Position numbers and translations under genes: made by a program
The notes under the pieces: generated by a model
Told to the model about the DNA's origin: nothing
The model's database searches: none
What the model saw: only the letters and a program-made list of their open reading frames with translations
Assembly: GCA_009103225.1 (NCBI GenBank)
Contig: RHPI01002048.1
Location: forward strand, 695,036 to 759,035
From: Chlorokybus atmophyticus
Lineage: Eukaryota > Plantae > Mesostigma and Chlorokybus algae
Direction: 5' to 3'
Length of the DNA stretch: 64,000 nt
In this document: positions 51,173 through 64,000 of the stretch, one piece after another
How positions within the stretch are numbered: position 1 is the first letter of the stretch
How the letters are laid out: the number at the start of each line of letters is the position of its first letter

Positions 51173-53395
51173 TCATCGCATGGGCAGCTGATGCGCAGAA
51201 CAGCCAGTAACTGAGTCACCAGTGAAACACAGCACTACGGCGGTGATGTTGTCAGCAACATTGCATGCCGACTTGTGCCACTTTGCCAAAGCTGCCTGTT
51301 GAGCGGAGAACCCAACAATAAGTCAGCACTGACCTCTTGCACAGATACACGCATAGGCTGAATTTTGTAACGGCACGATCTGGCGTACCTGCACTACCGC
51401 TTGACTCAAACACGCTGGGCTGCTCTTTCGCTTCTTCACGTCCGATTTGGTATTGATAAGGTCAACCATCTGCTGGCTGGACATGACCTGCATGACATGC
51501 ATTGCCCATGATTGAACATGATGACTTCATTGTGCACGTGTTGACTGCACCAGCATTACCTGTGTCACACCGTCTGTAACCAGGACAAGAAACCTATCAG
51601 CGGCAGAGCGGTGATGGACCCTAACGTCAGGCTCGGGAGAGACAATGAACTCCTGGGTATCTTCATTGAAACTCCAACAGTTGCCTGTCATCATACATGA
51701 AGCAGTCAGTGGAGAGAAAACCTGGGATATTGAGACACAATAAGACATGCACACACGCGTGCCCCCCCCCCCCGCTGACCGCTNNNNNNNNNNNNNNNNN
51801 NNNNNNNNNNNNNNNNNNNNNNNNNNNNNNNNNNNNNNNNNNNNNNNNNNNNNNNNNNNNNNNNNNNNNNNNNNNNNNNNNNNNNNNNNNNNNNNNNNNN
51901 NNNNNNNNNNNNNNNNNNNNNNNNNNNNNNNNNNNNNNNNNNNNNNNNNNNNNNNNNNNNNNNNNNNNNNNNNNNNNNNNNNNNNNNNNNNNNNNNNNNN
52001 NNNNNNNNNNNNNNNNNNNNNNNNNNNNNNNNNNNNNNNNNNNNNNNNNNNNNNNNNNNNNNNNNNNNNNNNNNNNNNNNNNNNNNNNNNNNNNNNNNNN
52101 NNNNNNNCCCCCCCCCCCCCCCCCCCCCCGAAATGACACGCACGTATGCTCGCACACGATGTGTGTGTGTGAGACAGATATTTGCATGTGCGTGCGCATG
52201 TGCGCGCACACACACACACACACGTGTATGCTGCCAGTGGTAGCTCACCAAGAGAGCGCGACATGTTGAGGCAGCCGATGAGTCCAGGCGCCGACCCGCG
52301 TCTCTGCTTCTTGGTTGCGAGCAGTTTTGCGGCGACGGGTCCCGTCCAGCACACGCGATACTCACCCAACGGGCCCTGGCCGATCTTGCCGCCCGCGCGC
52401 TCGATGCGCTGCCGCTCTTGCGCGTCCTCGGGCTTGTGGTCTGTGGTCAGCTCCACCGCAGCGCTCTCGCCACGCTGGCACAAGACCGCCCTCGAGTCCC
52501 CGCAATGCGCTATCCACTAAATTCAGAGGAATGTGTCAGGTGTGGCAAACAGTGGCCCACTTTGCACGTTACGAATGCAAGCAGTAAACACTGGAAGACC
52601 ATACACACAAAAGCCCAACAAGTCAAAGCTGTATCAACCTGAACATATCTGAACCACACAAGCGCACGATCTAAAGTAACACAGAAGACACGCAGGTCTG
52701 TGCACAGAGGAACATTTGTGTATTGCAGATCCAACAAACACAAAAACGAACCAAATATGAGGAAAACAAAAGAAACAGCAAAGTGTTTGCTGTGGGCACT
52801 TGTTTCAGGTTGTCATATACCTCACCATAAAATCTGGTTTGAGTATTGCAATCACAGCCGTGGTTCCAGCTGTGGACGTGTCCAGCCCGGGACTTCTTAG
52901 AGGCCAGCCCTTCACCGCCTCTCTAATCTCCAGCTGTGTTCTCATAAACCTAAACAAGCACCTCACCTCAACTGCTGGTATCACACATGCTGACCAATGA
53001 AGGAGCATTAACCGACGATCAACCCAGTGCTCACCCGAGTTTTATTGCCTCTGCAACTGCCTGCGGATCTTTTGAATGAAATCCGCGCTGCCTCTTTATG
53101 TTCTCCCACAAGTGATCTTTAGCATACTCCGCCGCTTCTGGACCGCCGTGACCTACAGGTTTGTAACCAGCTTGCAAACGAGAAAAGACATTGCAAGCAC
53201 GAAAAAAGAAACAAATAGCATGTGCAGCAAGGTGTTACCATCAAACACCCCAAGGAACCCAACATCTGGTTCACGCTTGTAGATCACCACATGCATGTCC
53301 TCCATGCGTTCTCTGTAGCACAGTATTGCAGCAAATCAGGGCAACTTTGCACAAGGACACACGCCTTGCCAAAATCGCTTGACTCAGCAGTGACC
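51173..53395 (-). CDS. PP2C phosphatase most resembling PPM1D/Wip1; 5' end not resolved
   Basis: RMED, GVFDGHGG, HLWENIKRQRGFHSKDP, GWP...GL..STAGTTA, AHCGDS, DHKPE..ERQRIE..GG, RVCW..P, RSLGNCWSF...EFIVSPEPD..VH, TDG, AL.KW...ADNITAVV. Confidence 0.85.
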
Positions 53396-54588
53396 ACTAT
53401 ATGTGCTGCTTACCTGTCTCCCTGTGCGGCGTGGGAGCACACACTTTGCACACCCAAAGCCTCCATTGCTCGAGTGATTGCGGTTTGTTGCTTATTGATT
53501 TGTCTCGTTTCTTCTCAGCAGTCACACAACAGCACTGCCAGCTCCCAATGAGCTTACTAACTTCACCCTCACAGGCATGCAACTCAGTAGCTGGATGCTT
53601 GCTTCATTTAGCCGCATGCTGTACCTCTGTAAGGCAATTGCTGAACTAGCGAGTCATAGAGAAAAGTACGCCAGGAAGCCATCTCCCAACAACCGTGCAA
53701 CTGCAAACGCACAGTAGTCTGTACATGCCCGCAAAGAAACGTTCAACTGCAACGGAGCCAAGATAGCTATCAGGGTTGCAATTTGCAACCAACAGTCAGT
53801 GTGTGAGCAGTGTGTGAGCAGAAGCTAAAAATTGATGAACGCGAGTACCTCAGGGCTCAAGCACCATGACATCCGCTGTTCAATCCACACTCCCCGATAA
53901 CGACCGTTAGCAGACTCCTCAAGGTTGCCTCCGCAGCCAAGCACACAGTGGGTTGTTCTGCAACGCTGAGCTGCAGGACCAGAAGAAGGAGAACGTTGAC
54001 GGGAATGACAACGTCAGTGGTTGTGGCAGTAGAAGGCAGGTGATTGAGCAGATGAGCAAGGAAGAAGCAACCTCCAAGCTCGGCTTGCTAACTGGCTCGC
54101 TGACGCAGAGCGCCAGATGAGCGGGCCAACAAACCTTTGTGTAACTCTGTTTGTTTGTAATATTTTATTATTTACTGGTTACTGGTTACCAGCTTTGCCC
54201 TGTGCTTGACAGATCCTTTCACGCTTACGCTCCCAGCTCCAATTTACACAGCGACAACAGCTGCAAGCCTTCACAAGCTGCGCAGCTACGCCTACGAGGT
54301 AAGCCTCCTTGACAAGCTTGCCATTGCTGCTGCCGCTGCTTGCCACGCCTGTTAGGTTGTGCTGCGAACGCACTAGCGGCACAAGCTGGACACACACCAG
54401 CGGCCTGGGCGGAGGAGTTGTGGGTGGCGGCGGCGACGACGCGGGAGCCTACAAGACCACGCGTGCACAGTGGGTTGTGGAGGAGGAGCTCCTGCTTGCT
54501 AAGAAGACTTGCTTGGGAGACAGAGACACGTGCTGCTGCAAATTGCAAGCCAGCCTCAAGGCTGTGTTCTACTCTAACGTGCTGCGTG

Positions 54589-57050
54589 ATGTTTAAGAAG
54601 TACGCGACAGTCAGTGAGCATGCATGTCGCGTTTTCGTGAAGCTTAGGCTCGGCATGCATGGTTGTGGTTTTTGCAATTACGAGCAAGTCACTGTCTGCT
54701 TGCATCAGCTGTTCGTGTCACTGAGTGTTTGAGATGTGTGTGCGCTGCTAGGTTTACTCCAGAAGAGAACATCACAGGCCACAGTCAAGTCAAGTCTTCT
54801 GTGCAGCGGAAGATCCGCTCGGCACTTGCTGAACAGGTGTGCGTACTTCTCAGGCGCAGCATTGGCAGCATGCACATTGACTAGATCATGAATGACCACT
54901 GAAAAACCTGCATTAGCACTCATGTTGAAGTCTTGAATTTCTGTATGTTACTTTGATCGTCATAAAGACATGCACTTTATTCATTTGCGCAATTTGCACT
55001 ACGTCACGGTACAGTTTGTTTTTTGTGTGCTTTGACTTGCTTACATGATGACAGGCGACTTGCACAATTTGTATTTTAGTGGCCTATACGGTATACATAT
55101 ATCCTTGCGTACATACATGCATACATTTTCAGATGCGTGCAGAATATGTAAACCTACGCACGACTGTGTTTGTCATTATTGGGGTGCTGACGCTTGACTC
55201 TTGGTTTACCAGTTTCCCACTCTTGAGGAAAATCTTGATGAGCTGCTGCCAAAGAAAAGCCCAGTCATCATAGCAAAAAGGTCAGTGCTTGATATTTGGT
55301 GTGCATGATACCGCGCTCATCCTAGCAGTGTCCTCTACAGCGTACGATTACATGCGCTCGCGTTATATCACAAGCATACTTGCGTAAGCAATGGTCACAA
55401 TGGTTACAACAGTTTGAAGTACAATCTTCAGCTTTGCGGGACTAGTCATGCCCGTGCATCAAGGTGCTGTGATCATCATCTTTGTGTATGGTCCGTTGGG
55501 TGATTGCCTGAGGTTTGCAACAATCAACACTAGTGCCCGCGGCACCAAGCTGAGTGAAGTCGTTTCTGGTTTATAACACGGGTTTAGCTGAAAACCCGTG
55601 TTATAATTTTGGTTGCTAACCACACTCACCACTTGAAGATGTGGGGCGCACTCTTGGGAACACATGCGCAGCATAGAAAACATGCAGCTTTGGTTGTTTG
55701 GTTGCTTATCAGCAGACAGCTGTAGCATTTACCATAGACTGAGTATTCTCACCTTAACTGGATGCCAAATGCCGTGCATTGCATGTATGCCATGGGCGGA
55801 TGCATGCAGGGAAGCGTGATGCATGTATGAATGCAACTTGGTTGAGAGCGATGCGGCTGCATGATGTCTGATCTACTTACCAACACTGGACTGCAGCCAA
55901 GGCCATGTTCAGATTCTGGTTGTGGACAAGGAGCCCATATTTTTCAACATCCGCGATGGGCCGTACTTCCCGACGCTACGCATCCTGCACAAGTGTACGC
56001 ACCATAACGAACAGCCGCAGAGTGCTGCTGTTGATAACGTACTTACAAGGGTGTGCGCATGCATTACAGACCCAGACATTATGCCCAAGATGAGGGTAGA
56101 CAGGGGCGCTATCAAGTTTGTGCTTTCTGGTGCAAACATTATGTGCCCCGGCCTAACATCGCCGGGCGGCCAGATGGATGATGTTCCTGCAGAGAGCGCT
56201 GTGGTAAGTGTTGGGCGTGGTTTTGCACAGTTTGCATGTTGGTAGGCGCAGCCTGAGCGTTAGTGGGTAAGGACCTCATGTTGGTTACTATTGATAATAG
56301 TGAGCAACATTGCAGATGAATGTGCAGCATAAAACCAGTTGTGCTGTTTGGCTGGAAGCACCGTATCGATGAACACTGCGCAGACACTTTGGTTAACGAA
56401 TGGATACTTGCAGTGCATCATGGCTGAAGGCAAGGAGACTGCGTTGGCGGTTGGCCTCACGAAGATGTCTACAGACGACATGTAATTACACAGCAGCAGC
56501 ATCACCAGTCGTGCGATTGCCGCACTGTCCTGTGGCTGGTATGGATGACAGATTTCTTCTTTGCTGCGTAGACGCAAGATCAACAAGGGGATTGCCATTG
56601 AGAACATCCATTGTTTGAATGACGGCTTCTGGAAGGTATGTAGACTGTCTTTGGATTGCAGTTTTGGTGTCAGCAACGCACTTGGGCAGTGGCATTGAAA
56701 TTGCCTGCGTACATGCATGCAGTTGTTGGCTGAAGCACTACTATCTTATCAAGTATTCATCTATTGTTTTAGTATTTGACGTAGTAACCAATCAACTTGG
56801 CGTGCCTTCGTGGTTGTTTGTTTAGCAGGGTGTGCTTGCGCATGTTGAGTGTTGATTCACATTGTTTGTGCTTGCATGATTGTCATCACATCCGCATGCT
56901 TGTGGTCTATGCTGTCATAATACAGCGTTTGCTGCTCTTAAACTCAATCCCTTCCTTGACCACTATTGCATGTTTTCACAAGTCAAAGTGAAAGAGTCAG
57001 AGTGCTGCACCTCAGTTTCGCTTCGTTTTCAGGTGATGGAGCTAGACTGA
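54589..57050 (+). CDS. MCTS1: MCT-1/Tma20 PUA-domain translation reinitiation factor
   Basis: MFKKFTPEE...QVKSSVQRKIR, GPYFPTLRILHKYP, VDRGAIKFVLSGANIMCPGLTSPGG, AEGKETALAVG, INKGIAIENIHCLNDGFWK. Confidence 0.96.
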
Positions 57051-57412
57051 CCGCAGAACAGCTCATCGATTACTCGCCATGCTTGTGCGTCTGTCTCTGC
57101 TGCCGTGCGCCGCGCGTTGTTGTTACAGCTTGATCATGCAGCGATAAGCCTGTGTCAACCATTACGAGTTTTACTAGCTTGGAACCAAGTTTGCTCGCGC
57201 GTAATGTTCCATCTTCTGCTGCTTGAGCGCCTGCAAGCCCCTTTTTGTATTTCTTGTGGTTATAGGTTTATTGACATCCACAACGCATGACGTGGACACT
57301 GTGTGCAACTTTGAACAGCTGCCATGTAACCATCACAACCATCATCAAGCATCAATTATGAACACAGTTGAACGATTGTCTAACACCTCCCCTACCCCGG
57401 TACTTTACACCG

Positions 57413-60400
57413 CTATGATTGCTGCTTCTGAGGCGCTTTGTTGAGCGACTCCAGCAGCGTGAACAGGTCTGCGAGGGTCAGCTTCCATTCTGGCTGCATG
57501 CCCTTCTTGCGCGCTGCGACAAGCTCTAAGATCGTCATCGTCGTGGCATCCTGAGCCCATGACAAGATGAGCAATGCAGGTAGACAAGATTAGCGCTTGT
57601 GCCTGATGCAATTGCGTGCGTGTGTGCGCACGAGCCCACGAATGTCTGTGAGTGTGCACATGTGGTAGGCATGAGCCAATCACTTGTCGTGTATGTGTGT
57701 CTCGTGCATGTAGCTGGACACAGTACTTGTTGATACACATAGGACTTACATCTTTTGTGCCAAACTTGCGCGCAATCGTCTTGAGGCATTGGAAGTGGAC
57801 GTCAATGCCAGTGGCCTCAACCGCCTATGCGCATCATCGTTCAGCAAACAGATCACTCATCGCTTTGCGTTGAAAGCAAGGTGCATGCGCCATGCCTGCA
57901 TGATGTTAAACCACAGTTGCATCTCATGGTTACCTGCACCAGCTGTGACTCCGACACCTTGCCATCGACAGCAGCCGCCACAACCACCTTTCTCAATGCA
58001 TCAGTCCTGCTCAAGACACATGCATGTCATGTGCTGTAGCTTCATCACATCATCACTAGTTGTAAGTAGTTGTAGGCATTGGGTTTTGCTACTTATGTGC
58101 TGCTACTGTGGTTGCGTGCGTGTGTTGGGTTGATGGTTTACTTCTCTGTTTTGCCGGCAAGGGCGGCAGCGAGCTTGGCAGTGGCGTTGTGGAAGTCGCT
58201 GAGTGGCCAGGGGCCCTCCTCGGTGTGCTGCTCCATGAAGTTGTACGTGTACTCGTCGGCGTCGGTGAGCAGGAACGTGCGGCCGTACGCCTCGATGTGC
58301 GCCCCCGCGCAGAAGTCGGACATCTTGTACCCGCTCGCCGTGCCAGGACTCAACAATGTGCCCCTCTCCAAGAACTTGCCTGTCATTGGTATGCAAGAGC
58401 TTCTGTTCAACTGAACCAATCGTGTGTGCCACTAATAATATGTTCCAACAAGACCAGGTCGCACACATTCAGCAACGGTGTGCTTGTGGGCAGGCATGCA
58501 TACACCCATTGACACATACAGGCACGCGCATGCCTGCCTGTATGTGCACATATATTCCGGCACGCGAACGCAGGCACACACGCATGCGCACGCACACTAT
58601 CATACGTACAGAGGTGTAAGTGCATGACTTACCGCCAACAACGCCAGAGTTGCGCAGAGGGGGCTCGAAGATCATGACCGTGTCGTCGGCAAGGAAGAAC
58701 TGCACGATGAAGCGGCGAGTTTGGTCCGTCTCGGACACCTTGTCCCCGCCCAGCATGCGCGCAGTGAAGCGCAGGATCTTGTTCTCGTTGGCCATCAACT
58801 TGTAGAAATCCTGTGGCCAGAGCACATCACATCAATCAGCACCATCATCACCTTCATCATCATGCGAAGGCTTGCAAGGCTCACCTTCTTCGGGGGCTTT
58901 GGTATCAGAGAGATGCAGTTCTGAACCGAGTCCTCGCGGGACCCAAAGCCATTATAAGGCGGCATCTCATTCTGCAACGACACCCCAACATCAATCAGCT
59001 CCACCTCAACACCCACTCACTCGCCCCCCCACCCCACCCCACCANNNNNNNNNNNNNNNNNNNNNNNNNNNNNNNNNNNNNNNNNNNNNNNNNNNNNNNN
59101 NNNNNNNNNNNNNNNNNNNNNNNNNNNNNNNNNNNNNNNNNNNNNNNNNNNNNNNNNNNNNNNNNNNNNNNNNNNNNNNNNNNNNNNNNNNNNNNNNNNN
59201 NNNNNNNNNNNNNNNNNNNNNNNNNNNNNNNNNNNNNNNNNNNNNNNNNNNNNNNNNNNNNNNNNNNNNNNNNNNNNNNNNNNNNNCCACACACACACAC
59301 ACACACATCCACCCCTTACTTTAGGTATTGGTTCCGGTGCCTCCGAGACATCAATCGGGTCGAACTCTTCTATCTCCGCCCCGAACCGGACGTTGTAGTA
59401 CTTGCGCGTGAACTCGTCGCAGTCGTGGAGCAAGAAGTCTCGGTTGTACACCCGCACGTAAGTCCCGATGTGAAGCTCCTTCTCCGATAATTGACCCGCA
59501 GCACCGCCGGTGCCTCGGTCGCTGCCGCCGGGACCCAAGGCGTCCACGGCCACAGTGCTCCTGGTACAATTGTACAGTGAGTCCACTTTCACGACAAGCC
59601 TCGTGTGTACTTGCACACGCAACAGGGCACACGAGTATGACAGTGCTGCCAGTGTGGAAGTGAGTATGTGTACTTGCCGAACACATGCTTCACACATATA
59701 CATACGAGTTTTGTAGTGGGAAACACCAGTGCAGAACCTGGCTAACTGACATTGTTGTTGTTGTTGTTGCATATGTGTCCCTACCTCGGTAGTTTCCCTC
59801 GTTTCAGGAATATAGGGAACGGGTCTCTCCCCGAGTTTGGTTCATTGATCTCGAGTATCTCCACGGTATCATCCGCTAAGAAATAATGCAGCACGTACGG
59901 TCTTCGTTCTCCATACAGCGACCCGCGGTCGTCCCATATGCAGAAGAACCTCAGCACCTTGCGATCGTTTTGCAAGAATTGAGCCAGCTTGTCTTTGGCA
60001 CCGGCCTTCTCTTTCAACGCGATGGCACGCTTTGATATTGTTGAATCTGAGGATGTACGCGACATCATCGCACGCACGTCGTCCATTGGCTCGCCAGGGT
60101 AAGGCTCCTCGGGGGCAACCTCCTCACCAGACCTTAGCAGGAAGTTCTGCGACACACAGACACACAGTCAGGTGGGTTTGTGCATGTGTGCACGCGCGCG
60201 TGCGCGTATGGGTGTGTCAGTGCGCGTGCGCTTGCGCATGTACACACACACACACACACACGCACGCACACATATGCTTGTCAGCCATTGGACGTATTGA
60301 TTATTCATCATACATTCCTGTTACCCTCTTTCTGTACTTACTCTTGTGAAGGGGTCGCAGCCGACGATGCGGAAGGTACGCGCGTAGAACGTGACGTCCT

Positions 60401-61895
60401 GTCCCACGCGCAGGTCGTCCAAGGTGACGCACGGCACCTTGTTGGCTTTGGTGCTGCTGTTGTTGTTGATGATGTTATTGCTGGAGTTGTTGGTGTTGGT
60501 GTTGGTGATGGTGCTGCTGCCGTTGGTCATGGTGCTGTTACTAGCCTTCGGGATGCGGTGACGCTTCAGAAACACTCCCTGCAAGTTGACATACAGGTGG
60601 TGTTAAATGTTGAAGAGTGTGTGTGTGTGTGTGTGTGGGTGTGGGTGTGGGTGTGTGGTTCATGAGTATTAGCCACACGTACTTGTGAGATGCCGGAGTT
60701 GGTCTGGCGGGGTTCTGCGAGGTGGATGGAGCCGTCCTCGAGGTAGTAGTAAATCACGCACTTGCGCACGCGGTGGTTCTCAAGCCTAGACTCCGACACG
60801 CCCTCTTTGAAGTATGCAAAGAACCTCAACACCTGACCATCACAAGCGAGGTAAGTGAGTGTGCTCGTTTGTGCACACGTGTGTAAGTGCTTGTATGTGT
60901 GTGTGCGCGTACGCGCGCATGCGCTACTCATGCGTATATGTGAGTGCGTGAGTGCGTGCGTGCATTAACATGTGTGTGTGGCACATTTGTGTGGCACATA
61001 CGAGCAACTTTGCGTAGCTACTTGTCATGCCCAAACAACCAAACCGACACATCACTACTACACAATCAAACATTTCACCTTGCGGTCATAGAGCACCCAT
61101 GGAGGTAGCGCCTCCGCCAGTTCATCCGCCAGCGCCGTCAGGTGCGAGTTGTAATGCGCATTCGTCGTCTTCCACATCGACCCCGCGGCAGCGTTGGGGT
61201 CTGCCGCGTGCGCGTTGGCCGTGTCGTACGCGGCGGTCAGGGCGGCCATGCCGGCCGCGCTGTCGAGCACGTCGGAAGAGGGGACGGAAGCGGGGACGCG
61301 GTAGCCGTTGATGAAGGTGAGGGTCTGGGGCTTCTTGCGGGCAGCCGTCTGCGTGACAACATGTGGGTTTGTATTCGTATCACTTTGGTATCACAGTGCA
61401 CGTGTTTGTGTGATCACTGTGACTCAAAACTCTGTGCAAAGCGAGTGCTTTTGTGGAGGGGGAATTCAATTCAAAACAATAATGTTATTGTGGCAGGCTG
61501 CAAGTGTATCTGTAGCAGCAGCTAAGAAGCAGTAGCCAATGCACCCGTCTAGGGGTGTTTATGTTTGACACCTTTGCTCTTGACGGAATTGGCACGTAAC
61601 TCCAGCATAGTCAGTAGTGTTATGCTACTCGCCTGTACTTATGCTCACGACTTAGCTTTGGTGTTGTTGGCCACGCCACAAGCAGCGTGACAGAATTGCT
61701 AACATCCACTCAACATAGCTGGCCTGTTTGTCAACAAGCGCTCTGTACACTCCTTTTGTCGCGCAGTTGATACTCTTAGCTATTGCTTTAACTCTCATGA
61801 CTCATTCAACTCACCACAGGGTTGTGGAATGTCATGCCCGGGAGCTTAGGAAGGGGCACTTCATCCAGGGAGGGGGGCGTCGCACCCCTCACCAT
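57413..61895 (-). CDS. RIB72: RIB72/EFHC1 axonemal microtubule inner protein (three DM10 domains)
   Basis: [28 protein letters not shown]...[10 protein letters not shown]...[16 protein letters not shown]...[11 protein letters not shown]...[16 protein letters not shown]...[23 protein letters not shown]. Confidence 0.95.
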
Positions 61896-62264
61896 TGCAG
61901 CCCTGCCACTACTGCCAGTCACAACACCTGACCTCTCTCCTACTCTGAAAGCACTCACTCCACGCGTCGTCCTCTCGCTCCTCCTCCTGCTCCTCTTGCT
62001 TCTCCTTCACCGCCGCCGCCGCCGCCGCCACAGAGGCGAAGGTGACACGTAAGGTGGCGAAGCGGGTTGGTATGTGCTGAAGCGTATTCGGCCCCCCGAA
62101 AATAGGCGCCGGGTCTCACGTGACTGCGCCGCGTTTCGCGTGTCACGTGTCCCGGACACGCAGTCAATCAGGATCTTCAGTGGCTCAGCAGACGATCTGG
62201 GCTGGGTATGGGCATCTACAAAACGAACAAAGACCATATCCAAGAACTACCGTATTTACCCTTT

Positions 62265-62545
62265 CACAATGCCCCCCCTATTACAATTACCCCCCTGGAT
62301 TTCAAGAGGGGGCACACTGTTAGGCTGTACTATGCCCCCTTCTCGTATATAGTGCCCCCCTGCTATGAGGTTACGCATACAATACAGTAAGTTACATTCC
62401 AGTTACAATTATGTTGCGTGTCTTTTATCATCAGGTTATGTTGCATACAGTCAAATATGCTCAATCAGAAGAATTTAATTCAATACAATGCCCCCTCTTG
62501 AATTGATAGCTCCCTCACACAGATATTTCGGGGGTACTATGTTGG
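62265..62545. repeat. Cluster of (A/G)TGCCCCC-like motifs with a perfect 14-bp inverted repeat, at the edge of an AT-rich ORF-free tract
   Basis: TTCAAGAGGGGGCA (62301-62314) pairs with TGCCCCCTCTTGAA (62489-62502). Related motifs at ~62269, 62288, 62331, 62351 and 62530. Confidence 0.6.
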
Positions 62546-64000
62546 AAGTGGGCAAATTTTAACGAGTAGATACGGTTTGTTGTTATTTATCCTAGTAAGA
62601 CAATTTGTTTAAGCGCAATGATTTGTTTCCAAATTGCAACATGATACACACAAACGTCTAAAGATTGATAAAGCTTGCAATCAATTCAAGCATGAAAGTA
62701 GAGTAAACATTAAAGACCTTTAAAAAAGGATTACCATGTTATATGAGCATTTTGGTGTTCAACTGTCACATGAACATAAGTGTATTTGTGCCAAAATATA
62801 CAATGACAATCAATACGGCTTTAAGTTGGTGCTGTTATCTTATGCTCAACTTGTTATCAATATATGTATACATAATTTATAAGTAACATAGTGATGCGGA
62901 ATATAGAAGCACTATCTATGATGTTTATAACCGTCATCAACATAAAATATAATGCTGTTTTATGCGTGATGTGTTGCTATGTGCTTATTTGATTGTTTTC
63001 GCCCCGAACGGACAACGTGGATATGATTTATGTCATAATGACCGTTTAACAGCGAGAACCTCCCAAAAAAACGTTCTTCGTTTATATCGTGTTCAACCTT
63101 ATGTTGTTAAAGAGATTCTGCCCTAATGCGATTAATGTGATATAAGGCGGCGCTTTATATAATTTGTCACAACTTGACAACATTGCTGCATCTGTCCTTA
63201 ATATGAGCAATACCTTATATTAAGGTTGCATTATAATCCTCCGCTTCGGCATTAAAGCATAGCACATTCACAAATTATTATATATAGAGTTAATTGACCG
63301 TGTTTAATGCAATGCAAGTTATGTCACACACACGCATTTCATAGATTTTGGTAATGCGTGTGTGTATCAGATAAGCATATCGTGCTGAATCAAGTAGTTG
63401 CATAGCATCAATGCTTAATAATAAGCTTGATATTCAAACAGGCTTGACATGCATATGGACAAGCGCTTCACAAAACTCGCATTGCGATCATATTTATGAT
63501 TAACAACCATGATGATTAATTGCTATAAACAAGTACAATATGTAGGATCAACTTTACTGTTGTTAATCACATTATAACATGTATGTTATGGAAAGTTTAT
63601 GCATACACTATTGGTAGCTATACATATCGTTGTTTTACCTTCTACTTTGTATAACATTCTCACGTTGTAATATGGCACTCTTATGCTATAATACAACATA
63701 AAAAACTGTTAATATGTGATAAGTATAGTACACAGAGTGTTACTAAACGTTTGCGCAATGTGCTTATATGCAAGCACGATTTGCAAGGTTATTTTGATAC
63801 GCACGTTCACAAACTACAAAAACCGTGTCAAACCATGGAGTATTGCCTGCCCAAATGAGTGTATAATATGACGATGTTATGAGCATGTGACATTTTTCTA
63901 TCTTGTAGGAAATCTTGCATATGTCGTAAATGTTAATATCATTTAAAGTTTGATCAAGTTGTAAGGCCTGCCGATAATATGACCATATTGTTTGCAGATA

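Noticed and set aside
53866-54596. Possible pair of tiny convergent genes between the PP2C and MCTS1 starts
   Set aside because: Short frames with stops and implausibly small introns; may be UTR or promoter sequence. Needs transcript data.

Overview
Eukaryotic genomic DNA with GT-AG introns, microsatellites and four N-gaps. It most likely comes from a flagellated green-lineage alga: a starch LESV/ESV1-family gene, L-galactose dehydrogenase and the axonemal gene RIB72 occur together. Bases 1 to ~11.4 kb form a decaying transposon-like block. It contains a Plavaka-family transposase (+), then minus-strand cargo: a spliced Zn-finger-Tudor-bacterial/phage-type C5 DNA methyltransferase fusion, a RING-like ORF, an OTU deubiquitinase gene and a Zn-finger/coiled-coil exon. 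A multi-exon + strand gene follows, and the block ends with a 53-bp tandem array and a CACTA-like TAGTG end. A Penelope-like RT relic lies at ~13-14.2 kb. From 15 kb on is a host gene cluster: ERGIC3, INCENP, ETHE1, PLAC8-family, an AN1 zinc-finger pseudogene, L-GalDH, LESV-like with a large repeat insertion, PRL1, RIBA with a dead DHBPS domain, BOU, a PPM1D/Wip1-like PP2C, MCTS1 and RIB72/EFHC1. The best candidate for an undescribed system is a DNA transposon carrying its own chromatin reader/writer/eraser kit. All family assignments are from motif recognition by eye; no database search was run.
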